A stretch of DNA of 64,000 nt from sequence record NC_135732.1; one strand, 5' to 3'. A program made the position numbers and the translations under genes. Source of the stretch: a phage. Under the pieces are notes generated by a model. It made no database searches, had not been told where the DNA came from, and saw only the letters and a program-made list of their open reading frames with translations. Below, piece after piece: positions 28,503 through 38,233 of the stretch. Numbering within the stretch: the stretch's first letter is position 1; each line of letters opens with the position of its first letter.

Positions 28503-28814
28503 ATGGCTACAATACAAGAGAAACTGAATAAAATATACTGCCTGTTTGTCTATAACGGCGAGACAATTTTGGCAAATAAAGGATCCAAGAATGTGTGGAT
28601 CAAGGACAGCGGTGGTAACATAATCAACTTAGCGTTGCTACGTGAGCGCCGACACAGATTCTTTATCGAGTCTCGAATTATTGAAAGCAGCATCTGCTAC
28701 AGAACAGGCGATAAAGTAATTGTTGACAATGATACGTGGTATGTGGTAGACTGGCAATCATTGAGTTGTGATGCTTCTGACAATCGTAAGTATTCCATAG
28801 TAATTGCTAAATAA
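28503..28814 (+). CDS. hypothetical protein
   Basis: 103-aa ORF after promoter. Confidence 0.5.
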   Translation: MATIQEKLNKIYCLFVYNGETILANKGSKNVWIKDSGGNIINLALLRERRHRFFIESRIIESSICYRTGDKVIVDNDTWYVVDWQSLSCDASDNRKYSIVIAK

Positions 28815-28874
28815 AGGTAAATGTGAATCAGGTTTAAATAAATAGCTTTCAACTTCCAATATTAAGGATTTCTC

Positions 28875-29924
28875 ATGAATTTAACACCTCGCAGCACCAT
28901 GGTACACGGCATGAAAGAAAAACAGAACGGTTTCGAACCTATGAGTAATAAAATGTTTGGTATGCCGGGTGGTATTATGGAAACATACAGCTACCCAACA
29001 CCTGTTGTTGACCACGTTCTTTATATCGACGATTTGGAGGACCTGCAGGATCATATGTCTCGTCTGCAGACGATCCGTATGGCTCAGCCGGAAGAAAGCA
29101 TTCGTGTGATCATCAATAGCCCTGGGGGTTGCGTGCACATTGCAATGGCTTATCTACAGGCATTCCGCGAGTCTCAGGCAAGCGTTGTTGCACATGCTGA
29201 AGGGATGTGCTGCTCTGCTGGAACAATCCTATGGCTGGGTTGCAAAGAACGCACTGTGGCTCCGGACACAGAGTTTATGTTCCACTACTATCAAGGCGGC
29301 ACTTATGGCAATGGTGTGAACATGAATACTCAGGTCAGCTACTGGAAAAAACGTTTCGAACGCCTGATCGAAAAATACTACGGTTGGGTGCTGACAGAAG
29401 ATGAGATCGCATCCATCACAGCGGGTGGCGAAGTGTGGTTGGACGGAGAGGAGCTGGCAGCTCGAACTGGAGCTATCATTCTGGATGAAGGCAACATACA
29501 ACGCATCCAGAACGGACAAAAACCTAAAAAGCTTTTGGCAAAAGGTGATGAAGAAGGTGTGCTAGGTGAAGCAGGTCTTCCGGAGATTCACCAGTGCACC
29601 TCTTTAGATGAGCTAGTTCATGCTGTTGAATCTGCAAAAGCGGGTGGTTCGAAAGGTGATGTTCACACTGTGTTCCTGAACCTGCAGATGGAAAGTGGTG
29701 AGACCGTTAAGATTGCCTTAGGCGAGATTACCTCAGAAGATCTGCAGCGATTCTCTGTCGTTGAACTTCAAGACATTCTGTCCCAATTGAAGACAACCCT
29801 GAACGGCGGTGAAGAGGTTAAGGTAAAAGATAAGACTCGCAAGCGTCTGGTGGACAATATTATTAAAACAGCAAAAGAGCTCAATGAAAAAATCCTGGGT
29901 GCAGGAATTGTCGAAGAAGCTTAA
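28875..29924 (+). CDS. ClpP-like serine protease with ~170-aa C-terminal extension
   Basis: ClpP core INSPGG...GMCCSAGT (Ser)...FMFHYYQ (His). Confidence 0.7.
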   Translation: MNLTPRSTMVHGMKEKQNGFEPMSNKMFGMPGGIMETYSYPTPVVDHVLYIDDLEDLQDHMSRLQTIRMAQPEESIRVIINSPGGCVHIAMAYLQAFRESQASVVAHAEGMCCSAGTILWLGCKERTVAPDTEFMFHYYQGGTYGNGVNMNTQVSYWKKRFERLIEKYYGWVLTEDEIASITAGGEVWLDGEELAARTGAIILDEGNIQRIQNGQKPKKLLAKGDEEGVLGEAGLPEIHQCTSLDELVHAVESAKAGGSKGDVHTVFLNLQMESGETVKIALGEITSEDLQRFSVVELQDILSQLKTTLNGGEEVKVKDKTRKRLVDNIIKTAKELNEKILGAGIVEEA

Positions 29925-29936
29925 ACATTAATTCTA

Positions 29937-29960
29937 AAGCCCTCTTCGGAGGGCTTTTAT
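29937..29960 (+). terminator. rho-independent terminator
   Basis: AGCCCTC-ttcg-GAGGGCT followed by TTTT. Confidence 0.65.
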
Positions 29961-29975
29961 GATCTGGAGATTTGC

Positions 29976-30509
29976 ATGACTTGTGCTCGAAAACCTGATG
30001 AACAACGTAACGCCTACGATGAGTATGTGACACCGGAGTGGTGTGCAGAAGGGCTGTATGACCTTATTCCGTTCCCAGAAGACTGGACCTACTTAGAGCC
30101 TTGCAGGAATAGTGCCTCAGGTGTGTTCTACTCCCGTATGCCGTTAGGATCTGCATGGGGAGAAATCCAAGAAGGTGTTGACTATCTGAATACAGAATAC
30201 AACCATGTTGACTGTATTATCACCAACCCACCATACAGTTTGGCTCGTGAGTTTGTAGACAAGGCGTTGAAAGATGCTGACGTAGTTATTATGCTTTTGC
30301 GTCTTAATTTTCTGGAAAGCAAAGCCAGATTTGAATGGTGGCTTGATAATGCACCTACCACTGTGATCACAATATCTAAGCGTCCATCTTTTCAATCAAA
30401 TGGCAGAACTGACGGGCAAGCATATGCATATTTTGTGTGGGATAAGAAAAACCGTTTAGGCTTGCCGCCATTTATGTGGTTGGCACCACCAGAGGTAGAC
30501 CTGAAATGA
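29976..30509 (+). CDS. small phage-type DNA N6-adenine methyltransferase (Dam-like)
   Basis: Motifs YVTPEW and ITNPPYS in a ~177-aa protein. Confidence 0.65.
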   Translation: MTCARKPDEQRNAYDEYVTPEWCAEGLYDLIPFPEDWTYLEPCRNSASGVFYSRMPLGSAWGEIQEGVDYLNTEYNHVDCIITNPPYSLAREFVDKALKDADVVIMLLRLNFLESKARFEWWLDNAPTTVITISKRPSFQSNGRTDGQAYAYFVWDKKNRLGLPPFMWLAPPEVDLK

Positions 30510-30790
30510 AAATGAGTGCTAAGGACAAATTACACCAGTTAGCGCTAAAACGTCCTGTAACGCTCCCTGACGAGCTTAACTCCATTTATGATGCGATTGT
30601 AGGGGAGATACAAAATAAAGCGTTAGCAGGCTTTCTGGGGTGCGGATTTTCGATAAATCTACCCTCGCATCTCTCAGATTACTTCCCGCACATTGTTGGA
30701 GATTTAAGGGCAGGAGGTCTGCAGGTAGATGTTGTTGGCATCTCCCCAGAGAAAAATAATACGGTTGCCTACTTGACAGTAACCTGGTAG
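30506..30790 (+). CDS. hypothetical protein
   Basis: ATGA overlap with the MTase stop. Confidence 0.45.
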   Translation: MKMSAKDKLHQLALKRPVTLPDELNSIYDAIVGEIQNKALAGFLGCGFSINLPSHLSDYFPHIVGDLRAGGLQVDVVGISPEKNNTVAYLTVTW

Positions 30791-30826
30791 TTGTGTATTG
30801 TTGTTTTCAACAAGAGGGGGTCATTT

Positions 30827-31066
30827 ATGTACAAGTCATTTTCAATCTACTCAAGACAGGCGAAACACTACACAGAGATCCTGATCACTCAGAAAAAATC
30901 TGTGGAAGGTGAGTGGGAATATCACCATAAAATGTTGCGTCCAGACTGGGTTTTTGATAGACTTATTGCTATGATCCCTCTCGGAGAAGTATACCCTCTG
31001 ACAGCCCATCGCGATGCTTGGGATTTAATTGATTACATAGATTCATTTAAGGAGCCTAGATTATGA
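30827..31066 (+). CDS. hypothetical protein
   Basis: Start ATG 30827 after AGAGGGGG RBS. Confidence 0.45.
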   Translation: MYKSFSIYSRQAKHYTEILITQKKSVEGEWEYHHKMLRPDWVFDRLIAMIPLGEVYPLTAHRDAWDLIDYIDSFKEPRL

Positions 31067-31461
31067 AGATTGAGATTACTAAAGAAGGTAAGAAAGTGTC
31101 CGGCAACTATGCAACAGTAATTCGGGATTTAATGTTTGAAGCCACCAAGATCGGTACATCTAAAGTTGGTCAAACTGTTAGTGTGAAAAGTAATATCGCC
31201 ACAGGAGAGAAGGTATTCATTGTGGTCAAAGGGCAGGATCCCGTGGAAGGAACAGTGGGCCGAGGTGGCTACCTGTGCATTTCTGAAGAGCCGCGTATGT
31301 TAGTGGCTGACGCTACTATGGGTGGGAAACGTGTGTGCGAGGCGGATGAGGTAATGATTATCCAACCTGTTGATCCAGATGACCCAGCAACTTGGGTGGT
31401 AGGAAATGAAATCTTCTCTTTAGAAGAGTTATCCTTCCCAGCACCGCGCTCTGTTCAGTAA
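31063..31461 (+). CDS. hypothetical protein (starts MKIEIT)
   Basis: 132-aa ORF. Confidence 0.5.
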   Translation: MKIEITKEGKKVSGNYATVIRDLMFEATKIGTSKVGQTVSVKSNIATGEKVFIVVKGQDPVEGTVGRGGYLCISEEPRMLVADATMGGKRVCEADEVMIIQPVDPDDPATWVVGNEIFSLEELSFPAPRSVQ

Positions 31462-31498
31462 TAATTTATCTTACCAGGGACGGTAGGTAGGAGGTAGC

Positions 31499-31732
31499 AT
31501 GAAAGTTAAATTTCTTACAGATTTAGGGTACCCTTCCTTGGTTGACTGTGTTGGTAAAATTGTGGAAGCAAAACGGCTATCTGCAAACGAGAATGTTGTC
31601 CTGGTTAAAGGGAAGGATTTACTAGCTGCAGGTGCAGAGTCTGGCAGGATCTCTCCTGATTATATGTATTACCTATCTTTAAGTAATCTGCCAGAGCGAG
31701 GCGGTAAAGGCCTTGAAGTTGTGGAGGAGTGA
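31499..31732 (+). CDS. small acidic protein, MKVK-paralog family
   Basis: MKVKFLTDLGYPSLV...KGKDLLAAGA...LEVVEE; paralog of 35155 and 35372 genes. Confidence 0.5.
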   Translation: MKVKFLTDLGYPSLVDCVGKIVEAKRLSANENVVLVKGKDLLAAGAESGRISPDYMYYLSLSNLPERGGKGLEVVEE

Positions 31733-32262
31733 CAGGTATGCTTCTGATTAACTGGGAAGACCTCTATGGGGACAAAGACCCTGTTGCGTTTGTTGATCGT
31801 AGGTGGAGATACACTGAAGAACAACTGGCGGCAAAAAATTTAACTGCAAAACGCAGAAAGATCATCCAGTGCAAGTACAAATACGCACAGTTTGCTGCAA
31901 AAGTGTCTCCACAAATCGAGAGCTTTGTGCTTAAATTGTATGACGAGTACCTCAAATTCAAATTGGATTTTGTGCAGGTGTACCGTGCACAGGTACGACC
32001 AGATACCAACATATGTAGATGGGAGGTTGTTTGTGAAGGTAAAGATTTGCCGCTCAGCTTGACAATTGAGTGGCGTTATGGGTATCATGAGTGTGGTCTG
32101 TATGATATTTGGGATGTCATTGTAGATCCTGCTAAGCATCTGAACACAGAGGAGCTGGAATATATCAATAAGGTTATTCTCGATATGTTTTTCAGCTACA
32201 CACATGAAAACTCTGAGAAAGAACGGGATAATTTTCTTGACACCCTCAGCGACCATTTGTAG
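31729..32262 (+). CDS. hypothetical protein
   Basis: 177-aa ORF. Confidence 0.5.
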   Translation: MTGMLLINWEDLYGDKDPVAFVDRRWRYTEEQLAAKNLTAKRRKIIQCKYKYAQFAAKVSPQIESFVLKLYDEYLKFKLDFVQVYRAQVRPDTNICRWEVVCEGKDLPLSLTIEWRYGYHECGLYDIWDVIVDPAKHLNTEELEYINKVILDMFFSYTHENSEKERDNFLDTLSDHL

Positions 32263-32292
32263 TATACAATTTAACCTACAAAGGGAGGACCA

Positions 32293-32520
32293 ATGAGTAT
32301 AAATGTTGTGCTAATAGGTTACCTGGTAATGTCCGTTATAACAGCGGTATTCTTGACAGGTGTATGCATCGTGTCCAGACGAAGGGTGAAGTTTGATGAT
32401 TTTATCACCATCATCACTGCTGCACCTTTTTGGCCTGTTGTTATCTTCATCGTAATAATGTGCCTAGTTGATTACTACAAGAATATCAGGAAGGAGAGTA
32501 GGGATGGAGACCGCACCTAA
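32293..32520 (+). CDS. small membrane protein (two predicted TM helices)
   Basis: Hydrophobic stretches VLIGYLVMSVITAVFLTGVCIV and ITAAPFWPVVIFIVIMCLV. Confidence 0.45.
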   Translation: MSINVVLIGYLVMSVITAVFLTGVCIVSRRRVKFDDFITIITAAPFWPVVIFIVIMCLVDYYKNIRKESRDGDRT

Positions 32521-32739
32521 AACTATCTATACTGTTCTTAAAGAGATTGCGTTCTACGCAGATCTTAGCCAGGCACCTTTATGGGAAAAGAGCATGTATT
32601 TAAAATGGTGCGTTAATTTAGGGAGACCTTCCAGTGTTTCAAGCCATGTTTATTGAGATGCTATCTGGGATATTGTTACTGGTAGCCATCTTAGGTGGTG
32701 CAGTTCTGATGTATAACTATCTTGAAAAAGGAGACAGCA

Positions 32740-32925
32740 ATGGTAAAAAATAAATCTTTAGAGCAGGCTGAAAACCTTCTCCACGAGCTGGTAAAGGAGT
32801 GGAAAGTTGAATACTCAGATTTTAATGCACGAGAGGGTGAAGATTATTGGCCTACGGAGCGCTCAGAGGGCGAATGGTATCAAGATTTTATAGAGTGGTT
32901 ATATCAGACGTGCGATGAGGGGTGA
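32740..32925 (+). CDS. hypothetical protein
   Basis: Start ATG 32740 after AAAGGAGA RBS. Confidence 0.4.
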   Translation: MVKNKSLEQAENLLHELVKEWKVEYSDFNAREGEDYWPTERSEGEWYQDFIEWLYQTCDEG

Positions 32926-33392
32926 CGATGTTTGTTAAATATGTAAAAACGTGCCTCAACAGTCTTGGCAGAGAGCATTGGTACACCTTGCTTGAAAAAG
33001 GGGAAATTTTAACAAAATCTGGAAAGATAACTTTGATACCTCTTGATAGTAAAGGTAAAGACCCGTCACGACTTGTTATAGATGATTACGTTACAGGTGT
33101 GACGTTCGAGGTCTCTGTGGAGAGGTTAATACGCAGAGCTGGCGGCCCTTATGACCGAAGAGAGTATGTTTTCGATTCCGTTACAGAGATGGGGGAGCAT
33201 CCGTCTTTAATGTTCAGGATGGTAATCAGAGATATGAGGTCATCTATAGATAGGATCGTAAAGGACATTAAGGAACCTTTTAGAGTAAAAGTTAAGAAGT
33301 TTTTCGATTCTAAGATTAACATACTCGCCGTTGCACTAGGTGTAGTTCAACTTCTGTTAATTTTGCACTATTTTGAACTACTATTTAAGTAG
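32922..33392 (+). CDS. hypothetical protein, C-terminal TM helix
   Basis: 156-aa ORF. Confidence 0.5.
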   Translation: MTMFVKYVKTCLNSLGREHWYTLLEKGEILTKSGKITLIPLDSKGKDPSRLVIDDYVTGVTFEVSVERLIRRAGGPYDRREYVFDSVTEMGEHPSLMFRMVIRDMRSSIDRIVKDIKEPFRVKVKKFFDSKINILAVALGVVQLLLILHYFELLFK

Positions 33393-33454
33393 TAGTTGAG
33401 ATATGGCACAAAGGATGTGCCATAGTGAAATAAACTAAGAAAGAGGTAGAGAGA

Positions 33455-33802
33455 ATGCCAAAGATTAAAACGTTATTACTGTGGGTAGCTGTTTTAGCTT
33501 TTATAGGGTACTGGACTTGGGAAACTGAATTAAAAGATATCGGATATACCAGTCTTGAGAGCAAGGCGTGCATTGGCATAACCGATGCGTTCAGGCAAAA
33601 TGCTCTGGATCACGAATGTGTTGATGCAGATATAGATGAGAAACTGTCTAAGGACAAAGATTTTTACCATGGGCATGCTTTACTTGATAGTGGTGACACT
33701 GTAGAGTTCTGGTCGTGGTTTCGTGAAGATGGAACAATAAAAACAGCAGTAAAGATCTCTAACAAAGAGTTAATGCTGTTGCAGCAAAAGGAGGCTCAAT
33801 GA
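33455..33802 (+). CDS. hypothetical protein with N-terminal signal/TM segment
   Basis: 115-aa ORF. Confidence 0.5.
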   Translation: MPKIKTLLLWVAVLAFIGYWTWETELKDIGYTSLESKACIGITDAFRQNALDHECVDADIDEKLSKDKDFYHGHALLDSGDTVEFWSWFREDGTIKTAVKISNKELMLLQQKEAQ

Positions 33803-34086
33803 TCTGGATATCCTATGCTGATGGCACCATGCTGTATACTGCAGGTACCAGATATGAAGTTCAGGAGAACGATAAAAAATTTATCGTAAAAACATTTGAC
33901 AAGGACGACAACCTTTTGCTAGAATTGACTTACAAAGTTGGAGAGGTATCCAATATCCAGTTGGATTGTGGTCATAAAGATAATCCACTCAAAAAACCTG
34001 GAGTAGGTAAGGCTTCAGAAGAACGTCTGTCTCGTATTGCAGAAAGCGTTTCTCCCCAAAAATCTAAGAAGAGGACTAGAAAATGA
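33799..34086 (+). CDS. hypothetical protein
   Basis: 95-aa ORF. Confidence 0.5.
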   Translation: MIWISYADGTMLYTAGTRYEVQENDKKFIVKTFDKDDNLLLELTYKVGEVSNIQLDCGHKDNPLKKPGVGKASEERLSRIAESVSPQKSKKRTRK

Positions 34087-34277
34087 AAAACTTACGTTTT
34101 AACACTTATTACTACAACACATTGAATGATTTGTATTATATTGTTCGAAGTAAAAGTCCTGAAACAGTCCTATTCTGCCGCGAACCTTTCAAAGGGGAGG
34201 AAGTAGAGTCTGAGATGAATGTTAGCCAGATCACCTCTTTGTTGCTCTCAGGCGCAATGGAAGAAGCAATATTCTAA
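34083..34277 (+). CDS. hypothetical protein
   Basis: 64-aa ORF. Confidence 0.4.
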   Translation: MKNLRFNTYYYNTLNDLYYIVRSKSPETVLFCREPFKGEEVESEMNVSQITSLLLSGAMEEAIF

Positions 34278-34296
34278 ACCGGGCGGGAGGGTTTTT

Positions 34297-34482
34297 ATGA
34301 AGCACTATTGTCTGTCTGGTAGAATGGGTGCAGATTGTGATTGGGTTTTCTTAAAACTTGTCAGTATTCGAGAGTTCATCCCAGAGGAAGAGCAAGAAAG
34401 TGAGCTGATGTCATGGATCAACCATTACGGTAACACTTTTCGGCATGTTAAGGTAGAAGAGTTGCCAGGCGAGGCTGATTGA
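34297..34482 (+). CDS. hypothetical protein
   Basis: Track ORF trimmed to ATG 34297 after GGGAGGG. Confidence 0.4.
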   Translation: MKHYCLSGRMGADCDWVFLKLVSIREFIPEEEQESELMSWINHYGNTFRHVKVEELPGEAD

Positions 34483-34577
34483 CTATGATTGCATCAATAT
34501 TAACGTTTATGGGTGGCGTGTCATTCGGATTCATTGTTTGCCTATTTATAGTGATTATGTCTATGCGGGGCTGAATT

Positions 34578-34874
34578 ATGAAACTTTTTGAGTGGTTTAA
34601 AAAGTTTAAATATAAAGCTGTAGCCATCGTGCCGTGGTCAATTCAGTGGGTTGATGAAGGTGGTCTACCGATACCTGGTGACAAAGATACTGGGTACTGG
34701 ATTATGATGGAGAACGGGTTTGGAAAGCGAAAGTATACGTGCACAAACTCTACTCGATCTGCACTTAATAGAGTGCCTGGTTATAAACTTATGGTTGTGT
34801 GGAAAATGTCAGGCGTGCCTCCAGCCAATGCTCAATTTCTTACTGACAATCCGACCACGGTAGAGGGAGATTGA
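34578..34874 (+). CDS. hypothetical protein
   Basis: 98-aa ORF. Confidence 0.5.
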   Translation: MKLFEWFKKFKYKAVAIVPWSIQWVDEGGLPIPGDKDTGYWIMMENGFGKRKYTCTNSTRSALNRVPGYKLMVVWKMSGVPPANAQFLTDNPTTVEGD

Positions 34875-35158
34875 TAATGAAAAAGATTAACAGTAGTGAA
34901 GTAGAGTTTAAACTTGTCGGAAAAGGCACTTACTGGGAAGTTCGTCAAAAGGTATATTTGTTCGGTCTTATTCCCTACTGGTCTAAATTCTACTGGGGAG
35001 CTAACGAGTGGGGAAGATACGCCACCAAATCAATGGCACTTGTTGGTATAGCAGAGTACATTGCAGCCCGAGATAGGGTTGGAACCACTTATTACTACAC
35101 TGCTGACGATATTCGTAACAGTGTTTACGTCCCACAACCGCCTGAGGGAGACCGTTGA
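34871..35158 (+). CDS. hypothetical protein
   Basis: 95-aa ORF. Confidence 0.5.
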   Translation: MIMKKINSSEVEFKLVGKGTYWEVRQKVYLFGLIPYWSKFYWGANEWGRYATKSMALVGIAEYIAARDRVGTTYYYTADDIRNSVYVPQPPEGDR

Positions 35159-35382
35159 TGAAAGTTAAAGTTTTAGATTCAAGCTTCTATATTGGTCAGG
35201 AGCCCTTAGTGGGGAAAGTGTTTACCGCTATCCCTAACGAAGATTATCCTGACCTTTTAAAAATAAAAGGTGCAGATCTTATTGCCGCTGGTGCATCTCA
35301 GGACTGCTTTGACAGCCAGTGGACCTACAACTTTGCCCTTGGTGAGGATGTAGAGATAGTGGAGGACGAGAATGAAGGTTAA
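35155..35382 (+). CDS. small acidic protein, MKVK-paralog family
   Basis: MKVKVLDSSFYIGQEPLVGKV...KGADLIAAGA...DVEIVEDENEG. Confidence 0.5.
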   Translation: MMKVKVLDSSFYIGQEPLVGKVFTAIPNEDYPDLLKIKGADLIAAGASQDCFDSQWTYNFALGEDVEIVEDENEG

Positions 35383-35626
35383 AATTCTTGATTCTAACGT
35401 CTACTTGGGACAATCCTTCCTGAAGGGAAAGGTTGTACCTGCGGTGTACTTTGAATGGTTGCCTGACAACGATCCTGTGCGTCAGAAGCATTCCACTGTA
35501 TCACACGGTGTGGTATTTATTCGCGGGTTAGATCTGATCAAAGCGGGTGTCCCCAAGTATTACTTTGGGGAAGAACATTACTATGCCTTCGGTGTAGGAA
35601 CAGACGTAGAGATTGTAGAGCGGTAG
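35372..35626 (+). CDS. small protein, MKVK-paralog family
   Basis: MKVKILDSNVYLGQSFLKGKV...RGLDLIKAGV...DVEIVER. Confidence 0.5.
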   Translation: MKVKILDSNVYLGQSFLKGKVVPAVYFEWLPDNDPVRQKHSTVSHGVVFIRGLDLIKAGVPKYYFGEEHYYAFGVGTDVEIVER

Positions 35627-35627
35627 T

Positions 35628-36026
35628 ATGAAGAACAAGCTTTTCAAAGTAACAATGAAAATTCGCGGAGCTTGGAGCGTAAAGCAAGGGCGTATTCCGG
35701 AATTTGAGAAAGACTTCTACGTAGTCTCCACCTCGGAGGAGGCTGCATGCTGGCAGGCTGGCTATGCCTATGCAAGAACCTGGTACGAAGGATACCAGAC
35801 TGGGGGCTATGACGGAGAAATTATCAGCAAGGGTGTAGAAGAAATTAATGTGTTGACAAGTGAAAAAGTTTTTGTTATAGTGCATCCAGATTCCAGAGTG
35901 AAGCATTACTGGAATGCCAGAACAAAAACTTGGACACCGTTTGCAGATTCTGCTACGCCACTTTTAAACCAGAAAGCTCTTGACTCTGCCCCAAGTTATG
36001 GGGTTGTTGAAGAAAAGCTAAACTGA
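35628..36026 (+). CDS. hypothetical protein
   Basis: 132-aa ORF. Confidence 0.5.
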   Translation: MKNKLFKVTMKIRGAWSVKQGRIPEFEKDFYVVSTSEEAACWQAGYAYARTWYEGYQTGGYDGEIISKGVEEINVLTSEKVFVIVHPDSRVKHYWNARTKTWTPFADSATPLLNQKALDSAPSYGVVEEKLN

Positions 36027-36043
36027 AACAGTGAGGTGTCACC

Positions 36044-36334
36044 ATGATGGATTTAATTCTAAATATTGATAACGCAGAAGAGTTTAAAGACGATGGTGTA
36101 ACAAGCATGGACAAACCCTGCTCTGCTAAGGTTGACTCAAAATGGACCTACAAGTTTGACGGAGAGATCTTCGCAAATGATGAGAAGGTTGTAGATGCTG
36201 CAGCCATTTTAAACGCTCTAGGGTACGACCCTGTGAATTCTTTGATCAAGGATCCTGTTGAGTTTGCAGAGTATGTTCGAAAAATGGCAGATCTTGCTGT
36301 GGATATTTTAAAAACTATCGACAACAAGCTGTAA
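36044..36334 (+). CDS. hypothetical acidic protein
   Basis: 96-aa ORF. Confidence 0.5.
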   Translation: MMDLILNIDNAEEFKDDGVTSMDKPCSAKVDSKWTYKFDGEIFANDEKVVDAAAILNALGYDPVNSLIKDPVEFAEYVRKMADLAVDILKTIDNKL

Positions 36335-36340
36335 AAACTG

Positions 36341-36369
36341 TTGACACAACGCTTCAGATTTAGTATCAT
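36341..36369 (+). promoter_or_regulatory. sigma70-like promoter upstream of the HPF homolog
   Basis: TTGACA, 17-bp spacer, TATCAT. Confidence 0.6.
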
Positions 36370-36418
36370 TGTTTTCAAAGAGAGATAGTTATTCCCTCTT
36401 CCTTAAAAGGAACACGTT

Positions 36419-36739
36419 ATGCAAATTGAAATCACTGGCAACAATGTAGAAATCACAGAAGGTATGGTATCTTTTATTTCCCGCAAAATGTCCAAGCTGG
36501 AGCGTTTACATCCCTCTGTTAACTATGCACGTGTGAGTGTAAAAGTTGAAAATGATCACCAGGAAGTTATGGCGTTCATTTTTGACAATTCTGGAAAAGA
36601 AGTTATTGCCAAGGCTAAAGGCAGTGATGCTTACGAGGCAACTGACCGTATGGTAGATGTTGCAGCACGTCAGCTGGCTAAATGCGGTGGAAAGAAAGGT
36701 AAGGGGAAAGGCAAAGTAAAGATTGACTTTGGAGAATGA
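36419..36739 (+). CDS. hpf: ribosome hibernation promoting factor / RaiA-family protein
   Basis: N-terminus MQIEITGNNVEITEGM almost identical to recalled E. coli HPF (MQLNITGNNVEITEAL); further KLE, VKVE and AARQLAK blocks in register. Confidence 0.8.
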   Translation: MQIEITGNNVEITEGMVSFISRKMSKLERLHPSVNYARVSVKVENDHQEVMAFIFDNSGKEVIAKAKGSDAYEATDRMVDVAARQLAKCGGKKGKGKGKVKIDFGE

Positions 36740-36876
36740 GGTGCTACAATGGGTGTGATTAAGAAATTAGTCCCAAATGTAGAGATTGCATGCTTTGAAA
36801 TTATGTTTGCAATCGCAGTTGTAGTTAATGTGTTAGGTTACGGCTATTAATATCAAATAATTGAGGAGACCTCTAA

Positions 36877-37146
36877 ATGAAAATTAAATTATTCAAAACT
36901 GAGCTGGCAGACAAAAATTGTGGTCTGGTTGAAGGCATGATTGTTGAAGCACAACCAGTGGACTATATGAAGGTGGTTCGTGATGCCCTGGGTGAAGGTT
37001 TTGATCTGATGGAGCCAGCTCTGCGAGAAGATGTTATCGAGATGGCTAAAAAGCACACACCTGAGGGTTTGGTGGTGTTTGTTGCACCTGGTAATGGAGA
37101 AGAGTTGATTGTAACTCCTGATGTGTATGAGATTGTAGAGGAATAA
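36877..37146 (+). CDS. small acidic protein, paralog family (ends YEIVEE)
   Basis: 89-aa ORF starting MKIKLF. Confidence 0.5.
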   Translation: MKIKLFKTELADKNCGLVEGMIVEAQPVDYMKVVRDALGEGFDLMEPALREDVIEMAKKHTPEGLVVFVAPGNGEELIVTPDVYEIVEE

Positions 37147-37237
37147 TCCTGCTTGGATTAGCATACTTCCTCGCTAAGGAAGATTTGTAATTATTTGTGG
37201 GAAAGGAATCCCAATATCTTACCAGAGGTGATATTAT

Positions 37238-37501
37238 ATGATTGTTTATTTTAAAACTTCAGGTGGATACCCTGATTCTCAAAGCTTGATCGGAAAAACG
37301 TGCACAGCATACTCACCTCTTGATGAGGAGGTAAGTGATATTCTACGAAATATGTATCGGATTGACCCCCAAGAAGCTTTTGATCAAAACCTTGTATTTG
37401 TCAAGGGCTCAGACATGAAGTCTTTGGGAGCATTCCCTGAAGCAGATGATGATGCCGTTTATTCGTTCATGACTCCTTTTGAAGCTATGGTTGTTGGGTG
37501 A
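37238..37501 (+). CDS. small acidic protein, paralog family
   Basis: 87-aa ORF. Confidence 0.45.
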   Translation: MIVYFKTSGGYPDSQSLIGKTCTAYSPLDEEVSDILRNMYRIDPQEAFDQNLVFVKGSDMKSLGAFPEADDDAVYSFMTPFEAMVVG

Positions 37502-37505
37502 TAAT

Positions 37506-37838
37506 ATGAAAGTACGCTTTATTGGTGAAACAATTCCTGTGCATCTCCGGTCTCCTGAGGATTCTGCAGATCTTGCATCTCAAAAGGCGAGAGGTTATGA
37601 TAAGAAAGTAACCTCAACCGATGTAGTGCTTGAGGCTACTAGTCTACCTGACCCTGCTGCATTCTTTAATCATTATGGGTACTATTTCAGCAATCTGATG
37701 AATATCGGTGAGCTTGTGTTTATTAGTGGTGGAGAAATTGTTAGCAAGCTTGGCGGAGATCCGGATGTCTTTCATGAAACCTGTCCTTTTGCATTTGTGG
37801 TGGGTTCAGATGTGGAAGTTATTGAGGAGGTGCGGTAA
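37506..37838 (+). CDS. small acidic protein, paralog family (ends DVEVIEEVR)
   Basis: Start ATG 37506 (MKVRFIG). Confidence 0.5.
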   Translation: MKVRFIGETIPVHLRSPEDSADLASQKARGYDKKVTSTDVVLEATSLPDPAAFFNHYGYYFSNLMNIGELVFISGGEIVSKLGGDPDVFHETCPFAFVVGSDVEVIEEVR

Positions 37839-38233
37839 TGGTAAGCCTATACCGTGTTGAGTATAGCTCAGATACTGTATACAACGTAAGAAGCAAAGAT
37901 CGCAGCGACAGAGTGCAAGAAATGTACGTTCTTGCCGACAGTCCGTTATCTGCAGCGTTCAAGGCAGGGGCTCTTGCATCTCGTTGGAAATTTGAAGGTG
38001 GATCTTTCTATGAAGAAACCCTTGAAGATTCTGTTGTTATTTCTTCTGTAGAGGTTTCAGATGACTACGAAGGGAAAAAGTTCGTAATGCGGCACCCACA
38101 CAGCAATATTGCGTACTACTGGGATGTTCTGAACAACGAGTGGACCCCAGATCTTCAGAAGGCTACTGTGCTAACACCGTTTTTGGCAGATAAGTTCCCA
38201 CCAGAAGGTAATTTATCTGCACTGTTTCAGTAA
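37838..38233 (+). CDS. hypothetical protein
   Basis: 131-aa ORF. Confidence 0.5.
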   Translation: MVSLYRVEYSSDTVYNVRSKDRSDRVQEMYVLADSPLSAAFKAGALASRWKFEGGSFYEETLEDSVVISSVEVSDDYEGKKFVMRHPHSNIAYYWDVLNNEWTPDLQKATVLTPFLADKFPPEGNLSALFQ

